Source: Clostridia bacterium (GTDB taxonomy: Bacteria > Bacillota > Clostridia > TANB77 > CAG-508). From it: a stretch of 64,000 nucleotides of DNA. The position numbers and the translations under genes are program-made. Each line of letters starts with the position of its first letter. Within the stretch, counting starts at the first letter, position 1. Below are positions 31,156 to 41,905 of the stretch, in pieces. The notes under the pieces were generated by a model that was not told the DNA's origin, did no database searches, and saw nothing but the letters and a program-made list of their open reading frames with translations. The stretch covers positions 402,842 to 466,841 of the forward strand of contig JBKUYM010000001.1 of assembly GCA_046964515.1 (NCBI GenBank), given 5' to 3'.

Positions 31156-31653
31156 TTAACTAAAAATAGCACCCATAGAACCGAAGACGCCAGCAGAAGC
31201 AAGTCCCATAATAATGCCTGCTAAAATAACACCGGCGATAATGGCAACAACGCTTTTTTTGAAGTCCATATCTAAAAAGCTAGCAGCAAGAGTACCTGTC
31301 CAGGCACCTGTACCAGGAAGTGGTATACCAACAAAAATAAATAAAGCAAAGTATAAACCACGACCAGCAGTTGCTTGTAATTTCTTGCCTCCTTTTTCCC
31401 CTTTTTCTAAACAAAATTTAAAAAACTTACCAATAAATTTTTTATCGGCGCCCCATATTAATACTTTTCTTGCGAAGAAGAATATAATTGGAACAGGAAG
31501 CATATTTCCTAAAATGCAAATAATATAAAGAGGAATAATAGGAAGGGCTTCTCCTAACCAAGGACTAAGTCCAATGGGAATAGCGCCCCTAAGTTCAATT
31601 AGAGGTACCATAGATACTAAAAAAACGACGAAATATTTTAAAAGCATAAGCAA
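31156..31653 (-). CDS. Small multidrug export protein family (Sm_multidrug_ex-like) membrane protein
   Basis: 165 aa. Four TM segments. N-terminal ...PLIELRGAIPIGL... motif typical of COG2426-family proteins. Confidence 0.55.
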   Translation of the reverse strand: MLMLLKYFVVFLVSMVPLIELRGAIPIGLSPWLGEALPIIPLYIICILGNMLPVPIIFFFARKVLIWGADKKFIGKFFKFCLEKGEKGGKKLQATAGRGLYFALFIFVGIPLPGTGAWTGTLAASFLDMDFKKSVVAIIAGVILAGIIMGLASAGVFGSMGAIFS

Positions 31654-31855
31654 ACTCCTTTATCTTTTTATCGAGAATTATTGTACTATAAGGATGGGTA
31701 AAAAGCAAGAGAAAATTAAAATATGCAAAAGGATTGTAGTATAAAATGTCAAAATAGGAATAAAGAGACAAGTAGTATTTTGTCGAAAATCATTGACAAA
31801 TGATTTTTGTTAAACTATGATAAATTTAAGAAATAAAAGGAGACCATAGGGAAAC

Positions 31856-32806
31856 ATGAAAAGGAAATTAGTTGTGATACTTACTGGTATTATTTTGTCC
31901 ATTTCTACTTATTCTTTTGCAGATGTGGGAAGTTTTGACCGCTATGATAGTGGCTCTTCTAGTGATTGGGGATCTAGTTCTTCTTCATCTAGTGATTGGA
32001 GCTCATCTAGTTCTTCTAGTAGCTGGGACGATGATGATGATTATAGTAGACATTCTACGACAACTGGAGTGGGGATAAATGGTATAGAGATTCTAGGTGT
32101 ATTTGTATTTATGGCGATTGCCTATGTGTATATGATACAGAAATCTGCTAAAGACAAAAGAAAGAGAAGAAATATACCTTATACATCTAATAATTCTGCA
32201 AATAGGCCAATTATAGCAGATATTAATCAAGAAGCTTCAAATAGAAATGCAGAAAAAATACAACAAATAGACCCATTATTTTCTGAACAAAGGTTTATTG
32301 CTTGGAGCAAAGAGTTGTTTATAAAATTGCAAAATGCTTGGACAAAAAGAGATTGGGAACCCATAAGACCTTTGGAAACAGAGATATTATTTGAACTACA
32401 TCTTGCACAGATACAAGATTATATAGAAAGTAATCGTATTAATGTGATAGACAGAATTAGTATAACTTATGCTTACATTTATGCATTCAGACAAGACAAT
32501 GGTAAAGATATTATAGAAGTTGCTTTAAAATCAGTTATGAAAGATTATGTGATAGATGCTACCACTAAAGAAGTTGTGGAAGGTAATAAAGAAGCAGATA
32601 GAGGAAATTTATATAGATTAACTTTTGAAAGAACAAGTGGCGTAAAAACGATGAAAGAGGTAGAAAGCATAAGGACAATGAACTGTCCAAATTGTGGAGC
32701 ACCGACACAAATTACTTCTTCAGGAAAATGTGATTATTGTGGAAGTGTTATTACAACTAGAGACTATGGCTGGGTATTAGCTAATTTAGAACCATTTAGA
32801 AGATAA
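31856..32806 (+). CDS. Membrane protein with a Ser/Asp-rich low-complexity linker and a C-terminal CxxC..CxxC zinc ribbon (Tim44-like architecture)
   Basis: Signal sequence. DSGSSSDWGSSSSSSSDWSSSSSSSSWDDDDD low-complexity run. TM segment. Alpha/beta domain. NCPNCGAPTQ...CDYCGS at the end. Confidence 0.5.
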   Translation: MKRKLVVILTGIILSISTYSFADVGSFDRYDSGSSSDWGSSSSSSSDWSSSSSSSSWDDDDDYSRHSTTTGVGINGIEILGVFVFMAIAYVYMIQKSAKDKRKRRNIPYTSNNSANRPIIADINQEASNRNAEKIQQIDPLFSEQRFIAWSKELFIKLQNAWTKRDWEPIRPLETEILFELHLAQIQDYIESNRINVIDRISITYAYIYAFRQDNGKDIIEVALKSVMKDYVIDATTKEVVEGNKEADRGNLYRLTFERTSGVKTMKEVESIRTMNCPNCGAPTQITSSGKCDYCGSVITTRDYGWVLANLEPFRR

Positions 32807-32825
32807 ATATAAGGAGGAAAAAAAG

Positions 32826-34019
32826 ATGGGACTTATTAAAGCCGCTACAAGCGCAATTGGAAGTACAATGCATGATCAATGGAAAGAAGTTATTCGCTGT
32901 GAGAATATGACAAATGATGTTTTAATGGTAAAACAAACAACACCAACAGGGGTGATTACCAATAAAAGTACAATTATTGTAGCACCAGGACAATGTGCCA
33001 TTATTTATGATAATGGAAAAGTAATGGATGCTACTGCAGAGGAGGGAATCTATACATTTGATACTTCTTCATCACCATCTTTTTTTGCTGGTCAATTTGG
33101 AGCAGTATTTAAAGAAATGTGGCAAAGATTTACCTATGATGGCGCTAGTGCAAAACAACAAGCTGTTTTTTTCTTCAATATAAAAGAAATTGTAGATAAT
33201 AAATTTGGAACAGCCACGCCGATTCCTTTTCAAGATTGGTCTCATCCGATACCTAACCAGATGACCAATATGATAACCCCTTTAAGTGTACAAATTAAAT
33301 GTTATGGAACTTATACTTTCTTTATAGAAAATCCGGCTTTATTTATGATTAAATTAGCTGGTACAGCACAAATATACAAGAAACAACAGTTAACAGAACA
33401 ATTAAGAAGCGAGGTTATGGCAGTATTTCAAAATATAGTTAACGAATTAGGGGATAGCAAACATAAAATACCTGTTTTAGAAATGCCAAGCCAAACAGAT
33501 GAAATTAGAGAAATGATGGATGAAAAAGTTTTTGATGAACCAATAAGACAAAGAGGACTTAAAATTAATTGTTTCGCTGTAGAATCTGTAACCTTAGATG
33601 AAGAATCTAAACAAAAAATAGATGATTATGAATTAAGTTCTAATAGCTATATGCAACAAGGCAAAATGGTGGGGGCTTATTCAGAAGCTATTAAAAGTGC
33701 TGCTGAAAATCAAACAGGTAGTATGAATGGATTTATGGGAATCGGCATGATGAATATGGCAACAGGAAATATAGTAGGTAATGCGACAACTAGTTCTTGG
33801 CAACCTACAGAAAACAGTCATAAGGATTTACAAGAAGAAACAAAAACACAACAACCAGACGAATGGAATTGTATTTGTGGTGCACAAAAGCAAAGAGGAA
33901 AATTTTGTATGCAATGTGGTAAGAAAAAGCCAGAAGAAAAACAATGTCCAACCTGTAAGAATAAAGTGCCAGAGGATGCTAAATTCTGTAGTCATTGTGG
34001 CAATCCATTAAAGAACTAA
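32826..34019 (+). CDS. SPFH/band-7-like domain protein with C-terminal tandem zinc ribbons
   Basis: N-terminal MGLIKAATSAIGS...VAPGQCAIIYDNGKV typical of the SPFH 'virion core protein-like' family. C-terminus has CICGA...CMQCG...CPTCKN...CSHCGN. Its RBS is 12 nt downstream of the stop of 31856-32806. Confidence 0.55.
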   Translation: MGLIKAATSAIGSTMHDQWKEVIRCENMTNDVLMVKQTTPTGVITNKSTIIVAPGQCAIIYDNGKVMDATAEEGIYTFDTSSSPSFFAGQFGAVFKEMWQRFTYDGASAKQQAVFFFNIKEIVDNKFGTATPIPFQDWSHPIPNQMTNMITPLSVQIKCYGTYTFFIENPALFMIKLAGTAQIYKKQQLTEQLRSEVMAVFQNIVNELGDSKHKIPVLEMPSQTDEIREMMDEKVFDEPIRQRGLKINCFAVESVTLDEESKQKIDDYELSSNSYMQQGKMVGAYSEAIKSAAENQTGSMNGFMGIGMMNMATGNIVGNATTSSWQPTENSHKDLQEETKTQQPDEWNCICGAQKQRGKFCMQCGKKKPEEKQCPTCKNKVPEDAKFCSHCGNPLKN

Positions 34020-34027
34020 ATAAATCC

Positions 34028-34062
34028 CACCTTATTCATTAAAATAAGGTGGGATTTGTTAT
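34028..34062. terminator. Bidirectional intrinsic terminator between the convergent genes 32826-34019 and 34086-34820
   Basis: aaatcccacctta-ttcattaaaa-taaggtgggattt, a perfect 13-bp stem. Confidence 0.65.
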
Positions 34063-34085
34063 TGTTTTGGAAAGGGAGTGCCTTT

Positions 34086-34820
34086 TTATATACCAAATAC
34101 AGTTATAATATTATAAGCATTAGGAACCACGTTCGTACGATTTGCATATAAAGTAACCGTTTTTCCTTTTAAATTTTTTGTATCATATTTTACTAAATAT
34201 ACTTTATTAGAAAAAGTAGAATAATCTATATAATCAAGTGGTGTAGCATCTACCGAAAGTTTTAATTGTGAGGTATAACTAGAAGTAAACCAATTTCCAT
34301 TTGTTAGTAAATAAAGGGTATCTTTGGTTACCGCGAAATCAACAGAGGTAGTGTTGGAACTAAAATTATAATTGGCATAATAAACAGATAAATCACCGCC
34401 AGCTATATTTTGTATGTTTTGAGCCATAACTTGAGCACTATCAGTGTAGGCAGTAGAAATTCCCTTATTTGTAATTGCTTGTGCAATAGTTGTTCTAAAT
34501 TGTGTGAATTCTGTTTGAAGGGTAAGAAATTTATTTTGTAAATCTGTTAAATCTTTTTGTAGATTAGAGATAATTTCATCCTTTTTATGGGATTCTTCAT
34601 CTTCTGCAATTTCACCATTAGATACTAACTCATCATAAAGTTGGTTTAATGCAATAGCCTCTGTTTGACTAGCCAAAGTGATATTTTCTTTTGCCTGTTT
34701 TGCTTTTGTGATAATGCCATTATCGCCAACTAATGTATTGATACTTACACCTGCTAAAATAATTAATATAATAATGGTTATTACTAAACTGACTAAGGTA
34801 ATACCAGATTTTTCTCTCAT
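34086..34820 (-). CDS. Pilin-like N-terminus family protein P4 with a coiled-coil and a beta-rich C-terminal domain
   Basis: N-terminus MREKSG|ITLVSLVITIIILIILAGVSINTLVGDNGIITKAKQAKEN. Its first ~45 aa and 5' flank are ~95% nt-identical to P6. Shares the EDEESHKKDEIIS motif with P2. Confidence 0.7.
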   Translation of the reverse strand: MREKSGITLVSLVITIIILIILAGVSINTLVGDNGIITKAKQAKENITLASQTEAIALNQLYDELVSNGEIAEDEESHKKDEIISNLQKDLTDLQNKFLTLQTEFTQFRTTIAQAITNKGISTAYTDSAQVMAQNIQNIAGGDLSVYYANYNFSSNTTSVDFAVTKDTLYLLTNGNWFTSSYTSQLKLSVDATPLDYIDYSTFSNKVYLVKYDTKNLKGKTVTLYANRTNVVPNAYNIITVFGI

Positions 34821-34962
34821 TTATCATCCCTCTTTTTCTTATGTTTTCCCGTTTTTTTAATTTAATACTTTTCTTAGATAATTCTATATTACCAATCGGT
34901 TAATGTCAATGCCTTATTTTTGGATATTTTTCTTAATTTTAGATGCGATTTCTATAAAAATA
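34735..34962 (-). repeat. Inverted repeat arm 1: conserved promoter, leader and 5' coding module of the family; partner at 52168-52395
   Basis: The reverse complement aligns to 52168-52395 at about 95% identity over about 230 nt. Confidence 0.7.
34881..34909 (-). promoter_or_regulatory. Conserved family promoter for P4 (minus strand)
   Basis: On the minus strand it reads ttgacattaaccgattggtaatatagaat. Confidence 0.55.
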
Positions 34963-35439
34963 GAATATAGAAAAGAAGGTGGAAAGACAATACACTTTAT
35001 GTAATGTTTAGAACTATATAATATATATCCATAGAAAATGACAGATACCGTTAATGAAAGATTGAATGAATTATGGCAACAGCAGATTTTTCAAAAGATT
35101 TATTCAAATAAATTCAAGAATTGATTTTAAGGTGATGATTTATCACAAAAAGTAAAGAGTATGGAAATAAATATAAGAAGTGTAATGTAGATATTTAAGA
35201 AGTTGTAATGAAAATATTAAAATAAATAGACTTTAAAAATGCATTTAATACAGTGTTTTTTATAAATATTAAGATAAAGGCTCCATTGAGAATGAAAAGT
35301 TATCTCAAATTGGAACTCTTTTTAACATCTTTCTGATTGATAGACATATCAATGATTATGACTATTTGTATTCACAAGATAACATAAAAAGAATTGAAGA
35401 AATAAAGAATGAAAAGGAAAATAGAAAAATAAAAGAAGA

Positions 35440-35468
35440 TTGACATTAACCAAAAGGTAATATAAAAT
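35440..35468 (+). promoter_or_regulatory. Conserved family promoter for P5
   Basis: gattgacattaaccaaaaggtaatataaaat, followed by the ggaaaacataagaaaaaaagaaggggag leader. Confidence 0.55.
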
Positions 35469-35526
35469 TATCGTATAAGAAAATATAAAAATGGAAAACA
35501 TAAGAAAAAAAGAAGGGGAGATAAGC

Positions 35527-37257
35527 ATGAGAGAAAAAGTAAACCAAAAGGGTATTACATTAATAGCATTAGTGATTACAATTATCGTATTAATCATTTT
35601 AGCAGGTGTAGCCATTAATACTTTAGTAGGAGAGAATGGGATTATTACACAAGCACAAAGAGCGAAAAATGAAACCGCACAAGGGCAAAAAGAAGAAGCA
35701 GGAGGATTAGCTAGTTTAGAACAACAAATAGATGAGGCAACTGGAAAAACGTATATAACAGAAAAGGGCGTTAATAAACCACGATTAGCAACAGGAATGA
35801 AAGCCATCAAATTTACAAATCCAAGTGAAAGTGCTAAAGGAGAAGCACAAGACAGTAGCGAAAATGATACGGAATGGTATGATTATAATAGTAAAAAGTG
35901 GGCGAATAGCCAGACAGAAGATGGAAGTATGTGGGTATGGATACCTAGATATGCGTATAAAGTAAATGATAATCAAACCTTTGATATAAAGTTTTTAATA
36001 GGAACAACGGATAATTATTATGATGAAAATGGACAAATACAAACAGCCAAAAGATGTAACAGTGTAGATGAAAATGTAGATACAACAACAGGATATACGG
36101 TGCATCCAGCTTTTACAGATGAAACAGCGATAAGTTATAGAAATGGAGGATGGGATAAAGAGCTAACTGGAATATGGGTAGCAAAATTCGAAGCAGGATA
36201 TGCTAGTGGAAATAATAGCGCAACAGTTAAGGCAAGTAGTGTTAGCTATTCACAAAACACTTCTAGTGTAAGAGGAGTAGAAAGAGGACAAAGTACGGAA
36301 GGGAGTGAATTGTCTCGTAACTGGTTAGATGGAATATATGGAAGTACAAATACAGCTATAAAATATCCAACCTTCCAAGGAACCACGTATAGTATGAATT
36401 ATATCAATCAAAATGATGCTTATAATATAGCCAAGGCTATGACAGAGAGTGGAAATATTTATGGATTAACTGCAAGTGCAGACTCCCACTTAATGAAAAA
36501 TAGTGAATGGGGTGCAGTAGCATACTTAAGTCAAAGTAAATATGGATTAAATGGAACAGATATTGCGATTAATAATGTTAACTTAAACAGTGGAGGAGTA
36601 GCAAGAACGCAGACAGCAGGAAAAAGTGGTGTAGATAGTGTATATGCTATAACCGGATGTACAACAGGAACAAATAATGGAGCGGAAAAAGTAACAACAA
36701 TTGCCAATATTAATGGTACAACAGCTAATACAGCAGTAGACGGTGTATATACATGGAATCAGTTAAGTGGAACAAAGGCTAGTTCATCAGGTACTATATA
36801 TGGAATTTATGATTTAAGCGGAGGACTATGGGAAAGAACAGCAGCTTATGTAGCTAATGAAAATGAAAATTTAAAAACTTATGGTTCTAGTATAGCTTAT
36901 GATGGTTCTACTTTAAAAACAACAAGTACAAAATATACAACAGCTTATCCATTTGATAGCACTATAGATAATACTAGTATTATAAATAATGATACAAATT
37001 TAAATACGGCAAGTGCCAACAATTATAAGAAAGATACTTCAATCTATGGCGACGGTATCCAAGAGACTTCAATAACCGGAACTGGAAATACTAGTTGGTA
37101 TGGTGACTACTCGTATTACACAGGCTTAAATAATCCATTCTCACTTCGTGGCGGTTATTTCTGGCATGGATCAGGTGCTGGTTTGTTCTATTTCCATCGC
37201 AGTCCTGGTGGCAGCGGTTACGGTGGCGGGTTCCGCACGGTGCTGGCTGTGTCCTAG
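35527..37257 (+). CDS. Pilin-like N-terminus family protein P5 with an FGE-sulfatase (C-type-lectin-fold) C-terminal domain
   Basis: N-terminus MREKVNQKG|ITLIALVITIIVLIILAGVAINTLVGENGIITQAQRAKNE. C-terminal motifs SEWGAVAY, GGLWER, RGGYFWHG...GFRTVL. Internal Met after a GAAGGGGAG RBS; the ORF track extends to 35491. About 75% identity to P3. Confidence 0.7.
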   Translation: MREKVNQKGITLIALVITIIVLIILAGVAINTLVGENGIITQAQRAKNETAQGQKEEAGGLASLEQQIDEATGKTYITEKGVNKPRLATGMKAIKFTNPSESAKGEAQDSSENDTEWYDYNSKKWANSQTEDGSMWVWIPRYAYKVNDNQTFDIKFLIGTTDNYYDENGQIQTAKRCNSVDENVDTTTGYTVHPAFTDETAISYRNGGWDKELTGIWVAKFEAGYASGNNSATVKASSVSYSQNTSSVRGVERGQSTEGSELSRNWLDGIYGSTNTAIKYPTFQGTTYSMNYINQNDAYNIAKAMTESGNIYGLTASADSHLMKNSEWGAVAYLSQSKYGLNGTDIAINNVNLNSGGVARTQTAGKSGVDSVYAITGCTTGTNNGAEKVTTIANINGTTANTAVDGVYTWNQLSGTKASSSGTIYGIYDLSGGLWERTAAYVANENENLKTYGSSIAYDGSTLKTTSTKYTTAYPFDSTIDNTSIINNDTNLNTASANNYKKDTSIYGDGIQETSITGTGNTSWYGDYSYYTGLNNPFSLRGGYFWHGSGAGLFYFHRSPGGSGYGGGFRTVLAVS

Positions 37258-37507
37258 CAGATATATAAAGAATGCTTTGTATATAGGATAATAATAAACT
37301 AAATAAGTAACTTAAATGAAAGTAAAATAAAAAAATAGGATGAAGGAGATAAAATTCTCACCTATTTTTATGTAAGAGCATGAATGTATAAGATATAAAG
37401 AAAAAAGGTTAATTCGTAATAAGATAATCATTATTTTAACTTTATTATATATACAAGTTACGACACAAACTATATGATAAAAATAGAAATTGTAAAAAAT
37501 TCCTTAA

Positions 37508-37546
37508 AAAAACCGAGCAGAAAGGGTAAAAATTCTACTCGGTTTT
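37508..37546. terminator. Hairpin terminator in the P5-rpoB intergenic region
   Basis: ccgagcagaa-agggtaaaaa-ttctactcgg, with A-runs and T-runs on either side. Confidence 0.45.
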
Positions 37547-37710
37547 TTCTTAGAAAATGAAATGTAATCATGAAAAATTGTATCTCAAATGGTATCATGT
37601 TAATATGAAAAACAAAACATATGCCAAAACAATTAAAATTACCACTAGACATTGAAAGAATGATGGATTTTATAATTCTACAAAATTATTTGAAAAATCT
37701 ATAAAAAAGA

Positions 37711-37740
37711 TTGACAAGATTACCCTTTTTGCAGTATACT
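37711..37740 (+). promoter_or_regulatory. Putative sigma70 promoter for rpoB-rpoC (TTGACA-18-TATACT) with a ~400-nt leader
   Basis: ttgacaagattaccctttttgcagtatact. Confidence 0.45.
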
Positions 37741-38150
37741 AAAATAGTATAAGGAGTTTTATCGCCAAAAGAGAAAGATAAAACAAAAAGATAACGCCAA
37801 ACATAGAAAAATAGTGGGGTTGATCAAAATATTCACGTTAAAAATGAGAGATAAGTAATAGGGAACAAAAGCAAAGATAGTTGGCAAAAAATAATATATT
37901 GCCGACATATCTTTTTGTTGCCTATTTGTCTGTTTAAGTACATTTTAATAAGAAGAGGAATTAGCTATATCTTATTAGTAAAGGTTTGTTTTTTATAAGC
38001 AGGAAAACAGATAGGTATGTATGAGATAATTGTATAAGAGGGACTTCTTTTTATCTATAAATTTTATTCACAAAAGTAGCTAAAATGTTAAAAATACATT
38101 TTATGCGTTAAAATTTGTATCTGCTTAAATTTATTTAGGGGTGATTGGTT

Positions 38151-41100
38151 TTGACAAAGGATATTAAACATGAAAAGTGCACACGTAAAACGTTTGCAAA
38201 GATTGGCGATTTTATAGAAATGCCAAACTTAATTAAAGTCCAAAAAGATTCTTATGATTGGTTCATAGAAGAAGGACTAGGTGAAGTATTAAAAGATATT
38301 TCTCCAATTGTTGACTATTCTGGTAATTTGGTTCTTGAATTTTTCGATTATTACATGGAAGAGAAAACAAAATATTCTGTAGAAGAAGCAAAAGAAAGAG
38401 ATGCAACTTATTCTACAAGATTACATGTAAAGGTTAGACTAATCAATCGTGAGACAGGTGAAATTAAAGAGCAAGAAATTTATCTTGGTGATTTCCCACT
38501 TATGACAGATAGCGGTACCTTTATTATTAATGGTGCAGAAAGAGTAGTTGTTAGTCAGTTAGTTCGTTCACCAGGTTGCTATTATGCCGATGATTATGAT
38601 AAAACCGGAAAGAAGATTTATACTTCTACGGTTATGCCAATACGTGGTGCATGGATTGAATATGAAACAGATGGAAACGATGTATTTTGGGCAAGGGTAG
38701 ATAGAACTAGAAAAATACCAGTTACATCACTTTTAAGAGCAATAGGGCTTGCAACAGATGAACAAATAGTGGCTCTATTTGGGGAAGAGCCAAAAATTTT
38801 AGCAACACTTCAAAAAGACCCAATTAAAACTGCCGATGAAGCATTAATTGAAATTTACAAGAAATTAAGACCGGGAGAACTTCCAACAGTAGATGCTGCT
38901 AGAAATTTATTCAATGGTTTGTTCTTTGATCCTAGAAGATATGATTTGGCAAAAGTAGGAAGATACAAGTTTAATAAAAAATTAAACTTAAGCTTTAGAA
39001 TTACAGGACTAGAAGCTTATGAGGATATTATTGATCCAACAACAGGGGAAGTTTTAGTAGAAAAAGGCAATATTATCTCTAAAGACGTAGCAGAAGAAAT
39101 TCAAAATACAGGCTTAAATATTGTTGATGTAAAAGTAGGAGACAGCAAGGTTAGAATCATTGGTAATGGAACAGTTAATATTCATAAAGTAGTTACAAAC
39201 ATAGATATTTCTGATTTACATTTCAAAGAAGAAGTTAATTATGAAGTACTAAAATCTATTTTAGATACAACAGAAGAAAAAGACTTACATAATGTATTAA
39301 AAGAAAGAAAAGAAGAGTTAATACCAAAACATATTACAAATGAAGATATCATTGCTTCTATAAATTATTTATTAAATTTAGACCATGGATTAGGAAATGT
39401 AGATGATATCGATCATCTAGGAAATAGACGTATTCGTTGTGTTGGGGAGTTATTACAAAATCAGTTTAGAATTGGTTTAACGAGATTAGAAAGAGTTGTT
39501 CGTGAAAGAATGACGATTCAAGACTTGGATGTTGTAACACCACAAACTTTAATTAATACAAAGCCAATTACTTCTTCTATTAGGGAATTTTTTGGAAGTT
39601 CTCAGTTATCACAATTTATGGATCAAACAAATCCATTATCAGAACTTACTCATAAGAGAAGAATTTCTGCATTAGGACCTGGTGGACTTTCAAGAGAAAG
39701 AGCAGGATTTGAAGTACGTGATATTCACTATACCCATTATGGTAGATTATGTCCAGTAGAATCACCAGAAGGACCAAATATCGGACTTATCTCTGCATTA
39801 TCTTCTTTTGCAATTATTAATGAATATGGATTTATTGAAACACCATATAGAAAAGTAGATCATACAACTGGAAAGATAACGGATATTGTGGAATATATGC
39901 CAGCTGATGAAGAAGATAATTACATTATTGCACAAGCATCAGAACCATTAGATAAAGAAAATAAGTTTGTTAATAAAAGAATTCGTGTACGTCATAGAGC
40001 AGAAATTACAGAAGTAGATGCTGATCAAGTAGACTACATAGATGTTTCACCAAAAGAATTAGTTTCTGTAGCAGCTGCTATGATTCCTTTCTTAGAGCAT
40101 GATGACGTAAAACGTTCTCTAATGGGCTCTAACATGCAACGTCAAGCTGTACCACTTTTAACAACAGAAGCACCTATCGTCGGAACAGGAATTGAATATA
40201 GAGCAGCAAAAGATTCTGGTATTACAGTAACTGCTAAAAATGAAGGGGTTATAGAGAAAGTTTCAGCAGAAGAAATTCAAGTTAGAAATAAAAAGAATGA
40301 AATAGATACTTATCGTTTGCGCAAATTTAAAAGAACAAATGGTGGAACTTGTATCAATCAAAGACCAGTAGTTACAAGAGGAGAAAGAGTAAAAGAAGGA
40401 GACATTTTAGCAGATGGACCATCTACTAAAAATGGAGAAATGTCTTTAGGAAAAAATGTATTAATCGCTTTTACTACTTGGGAAGGTTATAACTATGAAG
40501 ATGCTGTTTTAATTAGTGAAAGACTTGTTAAGGAGGACGTTTATACTTCTATTCATATTGAAGAATATGATTGTGAATGTAGAGATACGAAATTAGGTCC
40601 AGAAGAAATTACAAGAGACATTCCTAATGTGGGGGATGATGGCTTAAAAGATTTAGATGAAAATGGTATTATTCGTATTGGTGCAGAAGTAAGACCTGGA
40701 GATATCTTAGTTGGTAAAGTAACACCAAAAGGAGAAACCGAATTAACAGCAGAAGAAAGATTGCTTCGTGCTATCTTTGGAGAAAAAGCAAGAGAAGTAA
40801 GAGATACTTCTTTAAGAGTACCTCATGGAGAAGCGGGTACGATTGTAGATGTAAAAATCTTTACGAGAGATAACTCTGATGAATTAGGACCTGGTGTTAA
40901 TCAAGTAATTCGTTGTTATATTGCTACAAAGAGAAAAATTTCTGTTGGTGATAAAATGGCTGGTCGTCATGGAAATAAAGGTGTTATTTCTAGAATTCTT
41001 CCAGAAGAAGATATGCCATTTATGCCAGATGGTACGCCAGTAGATATTGTTCTTAACCCACTTGGTGTTCCTTCTCGTATGAACTTAGGTCAAGTTTTAG

Positions 41101-41888
41101 AAGTTCATTTAGGAATGGCAGCAAGAGCCTTAGGATGGAAAGTAGCAACACCAGTATTTGATGGTGCAACAGATAAAGAAATTGAAGAATTATTAGAAGA
41201 AGCAGGTATGCGTAGAGATGGAAAAACGGTTCTTTATGATGGAAGAACAGGAGAAGCATTTGATAACCCAATTACCGTTGGTGTTATGTATATGTTGAAA
41301 CTACATCACTTAGTAGATGATAAAATCCATGCTCGTTCAACAGGACCATATTCTTTAGTAACGCAACAACCTCTAGGTGGTAAAGCACAATTTGGTGGAC
41401 AACGTTTTGGAGAGATGGAAGTTTGGGCATTAGAAGCCTATGGCGCAGCGTATACTTTACAAGAAATGTTAACTGTAAAATCAGATGATGTAGTAGGACG
41501 TGTAAAGACCTATGAAGCCATTGTAAAAGGAGAAAATGTTCCAGAACCAGGTGTTCCAGAATCTTTCAAAGTATTAATAAAAGAATTACAATCTTTAGGT
41601 TTAGATGTACGTTTGTATTCAGAGGATAATCAAGAACTAGAATTAAAAGAACATATTGATGAAGGTATTGACTATGAAGAGACAAAAGTAGGTTCTAATG
41701 TTTTAGATGAAGCAGAATTAGAAGATAGTTACATTGAAGCTGACGAAGATACGGAGGATATGCTATTAGATACAGAAGAAGATACCGATGAATTATTTGA
41801 AGAACTAGATGACGAAGGAGACGATTCTATTTTTGATAATGATTTAGCAGAAGATAATCTTTTAAATGATGAAGGGGAATTAGAATAG
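38151..41888 (+). CDS. rpoB: DNA-directed RNA polymerase subunit beta
   Basis: Unmistakable RpoB blocks ([30 protein letters not shown], the rifampicin cluster [42 protein letters not shown]). TTG at 38151 sits 7 nt after the AGGGGTGA RBS; there is an alternative TTG at 38145. About 60-aa acidic C-terminal tail. Confidence 0.9.
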   Translation: MTKDIKHEKCTRKTFAKIGDFIEMPNLIKVQKDSYDWFIEEGLGEVLKDISPIVDYSGNLVLEFFDYYMEEKTKYSVEEAKERDATYSTRLHVKVRLINRETGEIKEQEIYLGDFPLMTDSGTFIINGAERVVVSQLVRSPGCYYADDYDKTGKKIYTSTVMPIRGAWIEYETDGNDVFWARVDRTRKIPVTSLLRAIGLATDEQIVALFGEEPKILATLQKDPIKTADEALIEIYKKLRPGELPTVDAARNLFNGLFFDPRRYDLAKVGRYKFNKKLNLSFRITGLEAYEDIIDPTTGEVLVEKGNIISKDVAEEIQNTGLNIVDVKVGDSKVRIIGNGTVNIHKVVTNIDISDLHFKEEVNYEVLKSILDTTEEKDLHNVLKERKEELIPKHITNEDIIASINYLLNLDHGLGNVDDIDHLGNRRIRCVGELLQNQFRIGLTRLERVVRERMTIQDLDVVTPQTLINTKPITSSIREFFGSSQLSQFMDQTNPLSELTHKRRISALGPGGLSRERAGFEVRDIHYTHYGRLCPVESPEGPNIGLISALSSFAIINEYGFIETPYRKVDHTTGKITDIVEYMPADEEDNYIIAQASEPLDKENKFVNKRIRVRHRAEITEVDADQVDYIDVSPKELVSVAAAMIPFLEHDDVKRSLMGSNMQRQAVPLLTTEAPIVGTGIEYRAAKDSGITVTAKNEGVIEKVSAEEIQVRNKKNEIDTYRLRKFKRTNGGTCINQRPVVTRGERVKEGDILADGPSTKNGEMSLGKNVLIAFTTWEGYNYEDAVLISERLVKEDVYTSIHIEEYDCECRDTKLGPEEITRDIPNVGDDGLKDLDENGIIRIGAEVRPGDILVGKVTPKGETELTAEERLLRAIFGEKAREVRDTSLRVPHGEAGTIVDVKIFTRDNSDELGPGVNQVIRCYIATKRKISVGDKMAGRHGNKGVISRILPEEDMPFMPDGTPVDIVLNPLGVPSRMNLGQVLEVHLGMAARALGWKVATPVFDGATDKEIEELLEEAGMRRDGKTVLYDGRTGEAFDNPITVGVMYMLKLHHLVDDKIHARSTGPYSLVTQQPLGGKAQFGGQRFGEMEVWALEAYGAAYTLQEMLTVKSDDVVGRVKTYEAIVKGENVPEPGVPESFKVLIKELQSLGLDVRLYSEDNQELELKEHIDEGIDYEETKVGSNVLDEAELEDSYIEADEDTEDMLLDTEEDTDELFEELDDEGDDSIFDNDLAEDNLLNDEGELE

Positions 41889-41905
41889 GAAAAGAGTTGT
41901 CGTAT

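Noticed and set aside
31214-31528. Plus-strand 104-aa ORF antisense to the small multidrug export protein gene
   Set aside because: It lies entirely within the better-supported minus-strand membrane protein gene and has no RBS.
33781-34011. 76-aa ORF in an alternative frame within the SPFH gene
   Set aside because: Internal out-of-frame ORF. The Lys/Gln-rich product comes from the codon bias of the real frame.
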